From Trichoplax adhaerens (Eukaryota; Animalia; Placozoa), in NCBI RefSeq assembly GCF_000150275.1, contig NW_002060959.1, positions 308,371 to 372,370 of the forward strand: a stretch of DNA of 64,000 bases, in the 5' to 3' direction. This document shows, piece by piece, positions 50,601 to 64,000 of the stretch (position 1 is its first letter; each line of letters begins with the position of its first letter). The position numbers and the translations under genes are program-made. Below the pieces are notes generated by a model that saw only the letters and a list, made by a program, of their open reading frames with translations, was not told the origin of the DNA and did no database searches.

Positions 50601-52932
50601 TGTCAATTTTTGCTAATCATATTATATACTACTTCAGTAGTATTAATATATATAATATATCTAATTATTATTTCAAAATGATGCACATTTGTCGTCGTAG
50701 GTTCATGTATAGCTTTTGATCTACTAAGGCATCAGGTAAATTGTTACATTGATAATTTTGTTTGCTTTAAATAACAAGACAACTTATGTGACGCTTAACT
50801 GTTTTTTTATTATTGAGCTATTACGCAATCTAATCCTCGATAGGGTGATGTGCAACAAATGATAAATCAAAGTTCTACTGTAACTGGACATAAATCTGAG
50901 ACTGCAAGATCATTTAGGTAGCGATCAATTAGCAGCTTGATCTATGTTGAATTTGTAAATATGTCACGATTGTCACTAAAATAATATTCTAAATATTTAT
51001 TCATAGCAGCAAAAGTGAAAACGAACTAGTTTCTGCCGATAGCGCATCGGAAAAATCCGAAGTAAGTAGTCTTGTTGGTGAAGAAACAAATAAACTATCT
51101 GACAAAGAGGAGGAGGAAAAAGAAAGTATATCTACAGTTTTAGCGCAGTTAAACCTAAGTGCTCATACAGAAACATTTGAAAACGAGCAAATCGACCTGG
51201 ATGCATTGGTAAGGCAAATAAGTGATATTTCAGATTTAATGCAATTTTAGATGTACTATTTGTTTTCTTAAATCCAGTGAATCTATTTGGTAGGTTATGT
51301 GTAGCGAATCAGACTTGAAGGATTTAGGATTACCGCTAGGTCATCGAAAAAAATTATCTAATTACATAAAAAAGACTTTAGAAGAGGTTAGTACAGTAAA
51401 GTAATTGTACAGAAATATTACGGAGTTAATGTTAAAGTAGTTGCTTTCCAGTTGTCGAAATTAATATGCATTATCTTTAGAAAAGTAAACAAGAAGCAGC
51501 AGCAGCAGAAGCGGCAAAAAAAAAGGAAGCGAAAAAATCTGCTGTGTCGACTATGCAAGTATCGGAAAATGAACCAAGCATAAATTTATCGGAGAGTATC
51601 GATTTGTCTAGGCAAGGATTAGCCTCTCACAACGCGAACGTTGAAAGACTTACTTATCAGAAAGGTGTAGCTGGTACAGGTCAACCTTACGTCAATTATC
51701 CGCGCCTTGATTTTCGTCAAGCAAATTTCTTCGCCTTAGGTTCTCCTATAGGATTGTTTCTTATTGTCCGGTTAGTGCAACACCTTATTCCCATCAATAG
51801 CAAAGTTATCTTCGAATTGTCATTTCAATTAGGCGTTTGCCAAGATTTGCTTTATACATAATATGATATCGCCCGAATTACAGAGGCATCGACAATATTG
51901 ACGAAAAATACAAACTACCAACTTGTTCAAGATTCTACAATGTCTTCCATCCGGTAATTCTTTCAAATTTTAAAGTACCTAAATTTACGATTGTTGTAAT
52001 AAATACGCTACTAGCTAATATTATACTTTAATTTTGAAATAATTATTTCCCTACGAAAACGAAACAGTACGATCCAGTGGTAAGTTGTCTATTGCCAGAT
52101 TTTCAATCAAATATTTTTTCATGACTCTAAAAGTAGCTTACGTGCTGATTGTATCACAAAGGCTTATCGTATCGAACCAATTATCGAAGAAACTGCAAGA
52201 GATATCCTTCCAGTTATGATGGAGCATCATAAGGGCCGGAAACGCTTTCATTTAGGTATCATTCCTTGTCTCAGTCTACGCTATAAGAATGTCGTTTATA
52301 AATTTGTCTCTAATGTAATTTATGTCATCTACAGAACTCAAAGACAATTTAACCAAAATGGGTAAAAACTTTAAACGAAATATAATTAGTTCTGTGCAAA
52401 GTACAATCACAGCAATACAAGATTTTGCTCGTGCTCATACCGGTACTAAGAAGGAGGAAGGATCTGATCTAACCGAACATGAAAGTGAAATGCAGCAATT
52501 GTCAGAACTAATTGATACTAAAGGTGATATTGGAATGGTGCATTTATTATATTGGGCTATAATATACAAAAGTATTTTAGTTGATATTGTGCCATGACAG
52601 TTAACACTCGCTACCTGTTTGCTTGTAATAGATCAAATAGAAGATAATGTTGAAATTGGCCAATTAAACGAAGGCAATCGCATTGATTATGTTTTGCAAG
52701 AAGCTCCGCTTGAAAGTTTAAATGAATATCTTTTCGCATTATCAAGCCACTGCTGCTATTGGTAGGCTATTTACATAACCGTTGTTTCTATAGCTTGTAA
52801 TCACTACTTAGTTTACTGTACCACGACTAATGATAACATCTGCATTGCAGGACATCCGAAGATACCGCCTTCTTTATCTTGCGAAAATTGTATAGTCGCT
52901 CTGAATTAGAACCGAGTTCTCCAACTTTCTAA
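47667..52932 (+). CDS. SEC23IP: SEC23-interacting protein / DDHD2-like intracellular phospholipase A1 (WWE, lipase, SAM, DDHD), multi-exon
   Basis: Pro/Gln-rich N-terminus, WWE-like TDGGRFDV...[24 protein letters not shown] lipase motif, SAM (EQIDLDAL...[10 protein letters not shown]), [32 protein letters not shown]. Confidence 0.9.
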
Positions 52933-54640
52933 GCAGTTAAATGAATTGAATGTATGATTTAATTGATATTGCAAATTTATATTAAGTTCATGAATTAAGA
53001 GTGATACATTGGTAATTAATTAATTGAGGTTATATGAAAACTATTTTTACTTATGTTATTCTATCACCCAAGATAGTATTTAGCACCGATTATTAAGTTG
53101 TAGACTTTAGCTGAAACAGTTTAGCTTGATAAAGCTAGCATCAAGTGATTAATTTGTGATATCAAATATACTTATAATCGGTAACAATTTATCTTTCACA
53201 CAAGATCATACGAGTATTTATCATCTAAGCAACATGACTAAACTTGCCACTTCATTTTCAACATCAATCGCATGAAAGACGACTGCTCATTATGGTTTAA
53301 AGTGTCTCTGTTACAAAGTAGCACTTTTTATTTTGGATCAATCGCAATTTTACTTACGCACCCAACAACATGCGTTATTCTTGTTGAAGATATTAAGTGT
53401 TATTTGTATAGTATACAATGTTTATCATCATTAGACGTACTGTTATGTTGCTGTTGTCCATTGTTGAGACTAGGCGAATAAAATGTGCGCCCTCAGGAAT
53501 TAATTTGAGTTTGAATAACCCCCTTCTAGGTAAAGGAATATCTCTTGTTAGTGCGGAGTGGAGCATTCTAAAAAATTTTCTTTTACATTGCATATCAGTC
53601 GTATAAATATCAATCTTAGGACAATTATTCTGTATACAGATATCTTGAACTAAATATACTTCAAAGTTTATTGGATAGTCGTGATCAGAACCGGTCCGTA
53701 ATTTCTTCACGAACTACAAATATATTCAGAGGCTTACGAATATGGCAAAATTTCATTACGCCTATCGATATCTATCCTGATTTGATCGTCACAATACTCT
53801 TATACAGTTAATAGCACACGTACTCACGAGTTTCTCGAAAATTGTAGACACTATAAATGGTATACAGTACACTGTAATTGATAGTTAAATGTCGATGTAT
53901 CAGAGATTCTTTCCTATTATTATCGCATACACATCTCTAAGCGAAATGCTTTATGTATATTTGAAACAGCCAAAGTGAAATTTTTAATTTTGATCCAATC
54001 CATTTTGTGTCATTAATAATTATAAATCATTGATCACACTTGACTACTTTAGGGTTTAAAGTCAGTCCACCATTCATTCGAGCTAAGTTATCTAAAACGG
54101 TCGTATTACACACGCAGTTGTACATATTTATTTGAGATTTTACTCGATCTAGGTATTTTAATCAAGCTTCTAAAATACATTATTATTAAAGAGGTCAAGT
54201 AGCAAAGAAAATCAAGGCATTAGAACCTTATATTATAACGCACAGAATAGCTGAAGACTTACTATACAACTCAAAAGAGTATCACGATTTACAGTGGTTC
54301 TATGCCACATATATTACACTTCAATTTTTGTAAGAGTACGATACATTCTATCAGTAATAACTAATGTAATCCCTGCAATAAATACATATTTTGCACAATA
54401 TTTTGGTATTGAAAAATCTATGGGTATTTCATTACCTTATACCAACTATGTAATCTAAGTATTGTAATTAGTAAATATACAATTTTAACTTAAGAAAACG
54501 ACTTCTACTGCGCAGTTTTCAATAATGAGTATACATGTAAAATCAAAGTAATAAATTTATATATGATCTTGAAATAAATAATTATAGTCATATATCGTAT
54601 ATATGTTAAAGAGTAATCTTAATAATATTGCGGAAGAATA

Positions 54641-57600
54641 CTACTGAGAAGGAGAACGAGCTTTTCGATGCCTTTCCAATGACTTCACTCTGTTCCATAG
54701 CTCAGGAGTTAATAAGGTTTGCCCAAAACTCAGGGTAAGTAGCCTATAACAGGTACACATAAGAACGTAAGTCAAGGTAAGGTTTATGATGAATGCATTG
54801 CCTACTGAAGTAATAACCTGGCCATGGTTAACATTAAGTGAAAGTCATCAGCTGTCATAGCTTTATCGTCCAGCTTCCTCGAATTCACAAAGTCTTCCTG
54901 AAGTGCCTGTAAAACATTCCTCATACAAGATTACAATCATTGTCTAAACATAGCATATAAGTAGCTGCCATTACCTGCTGCATTTCATTCGTTACTGTGT
55001 AATTTAGAGATCGAGTGACAGCAAGATAGGTTCGAAAATCTTGAAGAAACGAAAATGGAATCTCACGAATTGGATTGCTTTCGGCTTTTGTGACAGAATT
55101 ACGTTGTCGTATCGGGATTACGATATCACACTACATACAAGATAGTAATAGTTTTATATTATGAATGACATTGGTTAATTACTAAATAGCAGATCCATTT
55201 CAACGAACATAGAGTTCCTTACCGGTAAAATCGATTTTCCCTCCGATAGAACCAAGACCGTCTTTAGCAACGAAAACGAGTACATTATATATAAACCAGG
55301 ACAAAACATACACATGCATGCGCTTATAATATTCAATCACTATCAAACAATCAAATAGCTCACCAAATCACAAAGAAATTCAGTTTGATGATAGCTGAAA
55401 TCATAATCAACTTTTTGCCACCGGACGACATTACTTAGAGCTGTTAGGTTCTTTACTCCTAATGTTATTATACGAAAATTAGAGAAATTTGTAACTAAAA
55501 ACTACGACAAGAATTTATATCTTACAGTAACCTACCATTGGGATCTAATTGTCCTGGCTCTAACACAGTTTCATCCAATATTAAATGGGTTCCTTTAATA
55601 TTTGCAAAGTTAATTAATATCAATTATTATAATTGCTACATAGGTACACAAACTTTAACGATGTTTTGCTGTTTTATGTTACCAGCGGTTAACTGTAAGA
55701 TGCCAGATTGTAATCGATTAGCATTGTAATCCTTTTTAGGGGAGAGTAGCAGTGAATTCATACCGGAAAGGGTCATTGATAAAAAGTAGCTCTAGAAAAA
55801 TAATTGGTAACAAACAGTAAGTTGTAACCCTTATACAGCAACGGCTGGCATAGCAACATTATCTCTTATTAGCAAATGTACGCACAGTACCAACCTTAGG
55901 CACTAATGCCTCAATAGATTCATATAATTGATGTGTAATAGTCCCTCCAACAGGACAACCAGCCAAATTAACGGAAAACTTGCCAACAGGAACAACATCG
56001 TGCCTGTAGTTACTAACAACAGATTTATGAATCAAATATTGAGTCAAGACACATACGAATTTAGTTAGACATCATTAAATTTCAAAGGATATAGTGACTC
56101 CGATATACTTACACTTTCGATAGTAGGTTTAGTAGCGTATATTCAGCTGCTAGTGCATCTCCACCAATACAATCCGTAAGTGTTGATATCAACTGAGATC
56201 GAATTAATTCTGGTTTTTCTAAAGTATTGTTGATACCTATAAGAAGAATGAAATTTTCGCATCAGCGCCTTTCGGTGAACGCGTACAAAAATAACTAAAT
56301 TAGATCGAGATTGTGTATTACTTATTTCTGATGGACTATCGAATGGCAATATTGGATTTGAATGCGGTAAATGTCTGGCAATAATACAATGCAGACGAGG
56401 GACTAATGATGGAGCTGGACAGTGTGCTGCAGTTTCCTCAGCACAATCCATATCGATTTCAGGATCGTAAATACCCGAGTCTCTATAATATTAATAGTTA
56501 TGGCAATAGCTAGTTATTAACACTTGAAAATAATTTAGTTACAAACAAGTATTTCCTTAAAATTATTGGGGATAACTTAATAGCAAATGGACTATAAAGA
56601 AACCTTGTTAACCTAGTATTGGATGGTGCTTTCAATGCCGGGTCTACGGATAATATTCCAAAAAACTCAATCATATCATTCACTTTGATATTATCCGTAT
56701 CTTCATAAATCTGTAACACCGTAAGATAAAAGTTGTACCTTACTAATATACTTTCGAAAGGATCCAATATAAACATTTACCTTGACTATACATGCAGGTC
56801 CATTTTCGTTTGGCAGAGGAAAATTTAAATTAGGGAGTATATTATTGGAACTGTTGTCTAATTTATAAAAGAACAAGAAAATTATTTTTAATTTACTATA
56901 GTTTTATGTCATTGTGTCTTAGCCAACCTTGCTGGGTATTTACAGGCCGTTGCTTTTTCATGCCTAGAAGTCAATGTTATTAATTAATACATAGCTTTAT
57001 AACTTATAAATAAATTATCCACAATAGTACCCGCCATATCGGAAGATTCGTCGTCATCACTTTCATCGAACCTTCTTTTGTTAGAAGTAAATGATGGTTC
57101 AGGTACATAGCGAGCATTTGGGCTTGGCACGGACGTAGTCATTCCAGCAAAGATTTGGTCTTGGTTAAGAAATTTGCAGAGATTCGATAATTTCATGGTT
57201 ATCGAGGTAAACTATATTCGCATGCATCATGTACATGAATAACATAGAAAACAGGAAACACGAAAAGTTACATTATTGATATACAAAATAGGATATATCT
57301 TTTGCCCATTGATTTTCTCCAGGAATTGGAACGCAGTATAACACTTGTCGATCCAGCGTTACGCTACGATCAGATTGTAAATTTATTGAAGAATTTTTCT
57401 AAAATTCAAGATGTAAGAATCATTCGATGTTGAGCTATTATATTGTGATGTAAAATTATATCAATAAAAGAAAATTATATATACCGGACAGCGAGCAACA
57501 TCGTAGTATTTTCCACATTTAAGAACCTATAATTGATTAAGTGAAGCAAATGATAAAATAAATAAAAATGCAATAACTATGCTACTAGAAATCATAATAA

Positions 57601-59044
57601 GAGAATTACGTGTATAAGATTTTAAAACTATATAAAAAATTATTTCTATAAGAGATATACGGCATTATCATTTGAAAGTTATTAACGGGTTCAATAACAT
57701 TGGTACGAGAAAACCCTACATAGCTGCGGATTCTTAAAATTATGAATAATGAAATATTGACCTTTGTATTAACTTCTTCGTTATGAACTTCGTAAACACC
57801 TAGGTAGAATTCTCGGTCAAACATATCTTGTACCATACATCTGTATTTTACTAATGAATTGGAAGGCAATCGATGAATAGGAGTATCATTGAGTGATGGA
57901 ACCTGAAAGAAGAAATATACAAACGTTCCATTAGCAAGTCTGCACAAAAACAGGCTCAAATACGCTAGTACTGTATCAAGGCCATAAACTACGCAATGCA
58001 ATACGTGGATTTTAAGCTGAACGTTCATAATCTAGCAAGAGTACCGTAATAAAATAAATCTAAGCCATCATTTTTAATTTCGAACTGTACTGCAAGCGTA
58101 TCCACTTTATAGCAAGACCTACTTAGTCATAGCTATCCATTACTGGTAAATTACTATAATATATTACAAAATCATTTAATGTTAATGGCTATTCACCCTA
58201 CAGTAAATCACGTTTAAAGGTCATGTCAATCATTACAGAAATCGAGTACAAAATAAAGTATATACCCATTTGACAGCTTCTGGACTACAGAGTAGGTTAC
58301 CAAAATGATCGATAATCTTAGATTGGCCATAATCAGTAGATCCATCGGTCAGACTTTTTTCTAGAATCAGAAGAGCAAGACATTGCTGTTACTTGTCAGC
58401 GGTGATGATCTATTCATCGATGGTACAAACATTGAGAATATGACCAGTCACGATCACTTTCAATAGCGAGTAGAATCAGTTAACATAAATGGTAAGCTAA
58501 CGAATGAATACATAGATAGATAAAAATACAGAGTATGCGTCCATAAAAAGCAATGCAAAGATTGAATCAATTCTAATTATATAATTATTGCATTCAACGA
58601 AATTGTACGATAAATTTTATACAGTTTTATCTAAAGGAAAATTACTACCGCGCAGATTCTAATCATTGGCTAACTTTAACCGCATTGAAGTTACAGTTAC
58701 AAGAACAGCTTTGTTGTATTTTAAGAGGCTTCATTATAGAAATCAAATATCGAATTTAAGCCACAGCATACGCTAATTAGAGTATTATCAGTTAGTCGCA
58801 TTGGTTCAACCATTTCAACTTCTCTATGTAACCCATTATCGACTTTAATTTAGTTTGAACAAAATAGATTCAATCGTTGTACAGTATGAGGATATCAATT
58901 AGTGTCATTTGTACTAGCTGCATTGTAGAGCATTATTTCGGTCTTGCATCAATCAGGATGTCAAAAGTAACACTTACCAAAAATGGATTCGATGATGGAA
59001 AATGGTTGTTTGACCCAATCAGCAGATTCACCAAAAACAGGCAT
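54641..59044 (-). CDS. MCMBP: Mini-chromosome maintenance complex-binding protein, multi-exon
   Basis: VPSLND...[84 protein letters not shown]. Confidence 0.94.
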
Positions 59045-59643
59045 GTTGAAATTTTCGATTGAATATATATATATTGACGTTGTAGTCAGGCAAGGCGAGA
59101 GTAATTTCTTGATAATAGTATTTACAGTTGACTAAGGATATATTGATTTGAATGAAGAATCGTGAGAGGAATAATTATTAATGGCAATATGATGATAAGA
59201 TTTAGAACAGTTTAGCGAGATCAAATACTAGATAAAACCTTGATAAAAGTAATGTAATCATCAAACGATCAACTAATGACTATTGTATGGTATCATTTTT
59301 GCCTATCCATGCTAGAACGGCCAATAACGATGCAACATGCAAACCGACAACATCTAGACTAATCCATTCTCCTACATCGTCATCGATTCATCACTCTACT
59401 ATAGCAATCTTATCCAGACTGTAGCAGTTGACATACCCTAGCAGATCTCTATCACAACAGTTGGCTTGAAGGCTAACGTGGCGACTTGGATCAATTGCCA
59501 ATTGGTAGTGGTCTTGCAGAATGGGATCAGTAGCTCCAAATTGGTTACCATAGAGCACACAAGTCAAGGGATAGCCAACTAATCGTGATGGAGTAGAAAG
59601 TACTGCCTGATGGCTGGCTAGCGTTCTAAATGATGCGGTCAAG

Positions 59644-59790
59644 TTTGGCGGGAAATGGAGAGTAACAATGGCCATTCAAATCACGTGATCGATTCTTCCA
59701 CTTGTGTGTGGCTAGGATTTGCTTCGGTCGAGCGCAGACAAAGACTTTTGGCGCGAGGCATTGGACAGAGTGATGGAAAGCCCTACCAAT
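59644..59790 (-). promoter_or_regulatory. Putative cell-cycle promoter of MCMBP (two E2F sites, CHR, E-box, CCAAT)
   Basis: TTTCCCGCCAAA (minus, 59644-59655), TTTGAA (minus, 59675-59680), TCACGTGA (59681-59688), TTTTGGCGCG (59746-59755) and CCAAT boxes near 59760-59790. Confidence 0.6.
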
Positions 59791-61008
59791 GAAAGCATGG
59801 TTGATCTATAGCTAAAATTAGTATATCTAGAGCGACTATAAATGCTATCATCAATTTCTGCTATTGACTGTCTGCTAAATCAACAACCACCATTTCCTCT
59901 TCGAATTTAATGAAGAAGGAAATTAAAATTTATGAATCGTTTCTTGTATACAGTAGTACTGTAGTAGAGTAGCTATTGCAGTACCTTAGACTATAGTTAC
60001 TATAGAGATGTTCGAGGCAACTTTCATGGCGATACGTACATGCCGTACAGACAGACAATATCGCATTCCACTTTCTCATCTGCAGTCCTGCCGTCTGGTC
60101 AACCACTGCATGGCCGCCAGCATTTGCTGATTTCATTTTGAGGGAAATTATTATTACTGCGACTTAAGTACTTATTCTATTTATTTGCATCTCTCTATCC
60201 AATATAGAACTTCAAATGATATAGTTTTCATCTTTAGAATTTTGCAATTATGGGGATATAACTTGTTAAAAGTAACTAAATGGCAACAATATACAATAAA
60301 TAATAGAAATACTGTGATGTACAGTTGTACACTGTACAGTAGCTGCTATTATTAAAATAATTGCATGCAGTACTAGAGTGGCCTCAAGATGATCGAGAAT
60401 AATTCTGTTAGACTGACTAAATCAATCTCTTGCTGCATATATGTGAGCTTTTATGGACACGAAAAGAGTTGAAGCAAGTTATCCATAAAAAAAGAATAGC
60501 TTAATGGATGATTAGTTTCAGCCCTTTGAAGATGATATCATTCCTTCACTTACTAATGTCTACTTAATGTAATGGGGTGATATAGTATCGTCAATGCCTT
60601 AATTTCAACGATGCTCATTCTTACTTCTAGAAAAACCCTATGGCCTATTGATTGAATTTACTCTTCTTTGCCCAATCTAATCAAATCGATTCAGAGAACG
60701 CAATAAGTCGATTTCATCTAGATTTACTTTCTCTTTGCCTAAATTGGAGAGTAGGGAAACTTCTTTACGGTATACGTACATGATTATATATGACTGCATA
60801 GTTCGTAGAATTACTTTAGCATCGCACTAAAGTAAATCAAGTGTTGCATAGCGAATGGGCGATAGATGTCGACATTTTTCATCTGCAATATCACAATGAC
60901 AGTTTATTATCCACTCTGAATCAGAGAACATTAGTCATTGGTATATAACACAAATTTACACACCAATACCAATATCATCATGAACAATCCGAGATACTCA
61001 ATGATGTA

Positions 61009-61092
61009 TATGTTACGGCCATTCCTAAGACTGACTTTGTCCTTAAGATTAATCTTTAGGATAAAATCAGTCTTAGAAATAGCCGTAGCATA
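61009..61092. repeat. 84-bp imperfect palindrome (foldback/MITE-like)
   Basis: TATGTTACGGCCATTCCTAAGACTGACTTTGTCCTTAAGATT pairs with AATCTTTAGGATAAAATCAGTCTTAGAAATAGCCGTAGCATA. Confidence 0.85.
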
Positions 61093-62128
61093 CTGTATAT
61101 AGTGAAAAAAAAATAAGGATATGTTTCATCATTGAAGATAGACAGTATAGAAGTTTTTCTTGGTCGATAGTTTGATTTAATGGAGTGCAGCAGTAGATGA
61201 CCAACATCAAAATTATCGACAGCACTAATTCACACATAAAGTCAGTATAGTAAAAGTAGAAGCAATATTCTTATCAAGGTAGTACAAGGACAGTGTCCTA
61301 TTTATTCTTGGTGGATAGTTTAAATGAATGGAGTGTAATCGTCGACGAATAATCTCGAAATCTGCTCTGGAAGCAGAAGTAATATTGCGTATCAAGATAG
61401 AACATGGATTAAGTGTAGTATTCCTTAATCAATAGTTGGAATAAATATGGCGTAGTCGGGTATGACTAACATGAAAAATCTATCATGGAATAGGAGTAGT
61501 ACCGATTGAAAGATTTATATTATGTCATATTGGTAGTCATGGATAGGTTTGCGCTTTCTCAAGTTGATGCAGATAATTTAGGATCTGTTTCAACTTGAGA
61601 AAACTCGACCACTGTGAGGTCGCAAGCCTTCATTTTGATAGATATTTTCCTCTCATTAAATTACTGTAAACGTAAGATTGATTTGTACCAATGGAATGGG
61701 AAAAATGCTTTCGAAATGATTGTCATTGCATATATTAATGGTATACGTATATTTTACCCAAATTAGGCTTATGGATTCTTGATTGACCGTTATAGCATCT
61801 GTCGCAAGATTTCAAGCAAAGCAAATGAGCTTAATTAACTATCATCCATGCATTGCAGCGATGATATTTCTATTTTGCCATGCTAAATCACTGTTGTTTG
61901 CGTTTAGCCTGCTGTTATAACAGCAGTGAAGACATGGATAAATTTGTCTATCTTATCGTGATTGCCTTGGATATGACATATATAGTCGTTAATTGGATAA
62001 TCTGACGTTAGTACTGTATTGCTATCGAGATTGGCCAGTGACCGAGTAAATTATTCGGCCAAAAGTATTTATACGTCATCATTTCTCTCTATCCAATTCA
62101 TTTAGGGTCAAAGTTTACCTTATCCACC

Positions 62129-63177
62129 ATGGCTTTCAAGCGCATTTCTTGGTCAGTTGTCATCACCTTGATATTAGGAACTTGGTTAAAAATTGGTGCG
62201 GCAGAAACGGAACCCATTGATAGTAAATTCATTGATGGCATGATTGAAAGTTTGCAAGATGCTCTTGCTTACTATAAGCGAGATCTTCCTGATCTAATTG
62301 TCGATACTGCCTTTTGCCTATTTCATACCAAAGGTAATTGACAGTTTTACTTCACTAAAGTAGTCCAAGATGGATCAATTTAATGACATACCAACAACTG
62401 TAGTGAGAAAGAACATTTTTTTCAGCTGTCATTAATTCTTATGGTAGAAATATAATATTTTCCTTAGCTAATGACTTGATCCTTCAATCATATTTGTTGG
62501 TCATTTCGACTTTCTGTTCAGTTTATTTTGATCCCTTGATCCATGACTATCTCATATCTTATTTATTTATTTTTTCTCATTCCGTTGGAGATCAATTATA
62601 ATTATGAATCTCGATCGATAAATATATCTACTGCCTTTCTTATTACTTGAAATTGTTTTCTATTTTTTTGGACAATGAAACAGAAATATTAAATGAAAGG
62701 ATTGCCCATCAGCTATAGTGTATTTCATGGAAAAATTTAGAAATCCCCTTCATTAACTCATCATTGTTGCACTTTTCATAGCATATACTGTAAAATAACA
62801 TTCGTCTGCAAATGGTAATATTGATTTATATATTTTTTTGCAAACAGAGATATTACAGGCGACGTTGGATGAAAGTGCTGCTGGCGAAACTATTTTAAAC
62901 GACGATCAAGTAGAAAATATACGCGATGCCTTATTTGACACCGACGAAGTTTTACAAGTAACCATTCCCAACATGAACTATAGTACAGAAGATATAACTC
63001 ATTATGCTAAGTTATATTCGATGCCTATGGCAATACCACAAAATATCTACTACCTCAATGGCACTTCCAAAGCGTCATTGAATCATTCACATTCTACCGA
63101 TAATATATCCGATCAATGTGTATGGGAGCTAATAGGCAGTTGGCCTACGTTAGATTCCAATCCTTGCCAAATCTCAG
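62129..63177 (+). CDS. C16orf89: UPF0764/C16orf89-like secreted protein, 5' partial (continues beyond the exons seen)
   Basis: Signal peptide, SLQDALAYYKRDLPDLIVD (resembles ALERATVFL...EINLD) and SDQCVWELIG...PCQIS (resembles SDxCLxxLLG...PCxxS), followed by a GT donor. Confidence 0.72.
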
Positions 63178-64000
63178 GTAAAGTAAAATGGACTTGCAGA
63201 AACGCTTCGCAATACAGACTAGATGTCTCCGCAGTTGGCATTACTATAATTTTAATTTCAAATACGGCTTTTACTCTAAAGTTAGTGTACCATTATCGTA
63301 TAGTATAGAAGATATATAAAAGAGAACGTTATTCTATTCGAATATTTAACCTGTACATTAAAATATTAGGGAGACCGACAGCGACGCAGTGGGATTATAC
63401 GCTAGAATAATTTAATTTGAAAAAATGTTGATAATATCACACAGCAAGCAGTACGTATTAATCCTGTTGTGCACCGCCGGGTTATGACCATATTAAGTCG
63501 AAATTTCTTATCAAAGCTAGAAAAACACTTCTAGGAGATTAACATACCGTAAATACAGTTATTTGCTAACAGTGGAGAGTCTTTGTAATAAAATTGAGAA
63601 ATAGTATAGTCATTGACCGAAGAAATAACCGCCATATAATAGGTTTTACGCTATTTTCTAGTCTTGAACCATTAGGAAAGGTATCGGAGTAAATATTCAT
63701 AATGGTATTCGAAGTAATTTATTATTATTTAAAGTCAGTCTCCTGGGAAATAATATTGTCGTTAGTGAGTTTAATTTGCAATGGAAAAATTATTATGAAA
63801 GAAATGCTTTTTCGATATTCATTCATGATTATTTCCATCTCGTTATATCACAATATTTGGCTGATAGATAATTGTTGGCGATTTGTAACCCACTTAAGCG
63901 GCAAGCCATTTTTGATCAATCATCAACTCTTAGCACTTGCAGTAGCTCGCCAGTTTAATTGTCAATCATCATTACAGAAGAAATTTGTTCAATTTGGTGG

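Noticed and set aside
56084-56092. Perfect U12 donor motif ATATCCTTT inside an MCMBP intron
   Set aside because: An upstream GT-AG junction gives the ungapped [15 protein letters not shown], and read-through to the motif hits a stop.
59391-59675. 94-aa ORF upstream of MCMBP
   Set aside because: Overlaps the promoter motifs and probable 5' UTR; no domain recognised.

Overview
Eukaryotic, AT-rich window with short introns. It looks like a compact early-branching animal genome (placozoan/Trichoplax-like, inferred from composition and gene style only). Bases 1 to about 13 kb have no intact gene and hold several tandem-repeat arrays. Manual frameshift-tolerant translation suggests these arrays sit within a heavily decayed Polinton/Maverick (adintovirus-like) element, with major capsid, minor capsid, core-protein and possibly protease remnants. 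After a 50-N gap come intact genes in this order: a Caspr/neurexin-IV-like LamG-EGF-fibrinogen membrane protein; a head-to-head pair of diverged D-2-hydroxyglutarate dehydrogenase paralogs; an intronless CYP4-clan P450 with a pseudogenized 3' duplicate; two Renilla-luciferase/haloalkane-dehalogenase-like genes that both end in PTS1 peroxisomal signals; NOA1; SEC23IP/DDHD2; MCMBP (with a U12-type intron and an E2F/CHR promoter); and a partial C16orf89-like gene. The best candidates for something new are the D2HGDH x2 / CYP4 / peroxisomal HLD-luciferase x2 cluster and the fossil Polinton-like virus.
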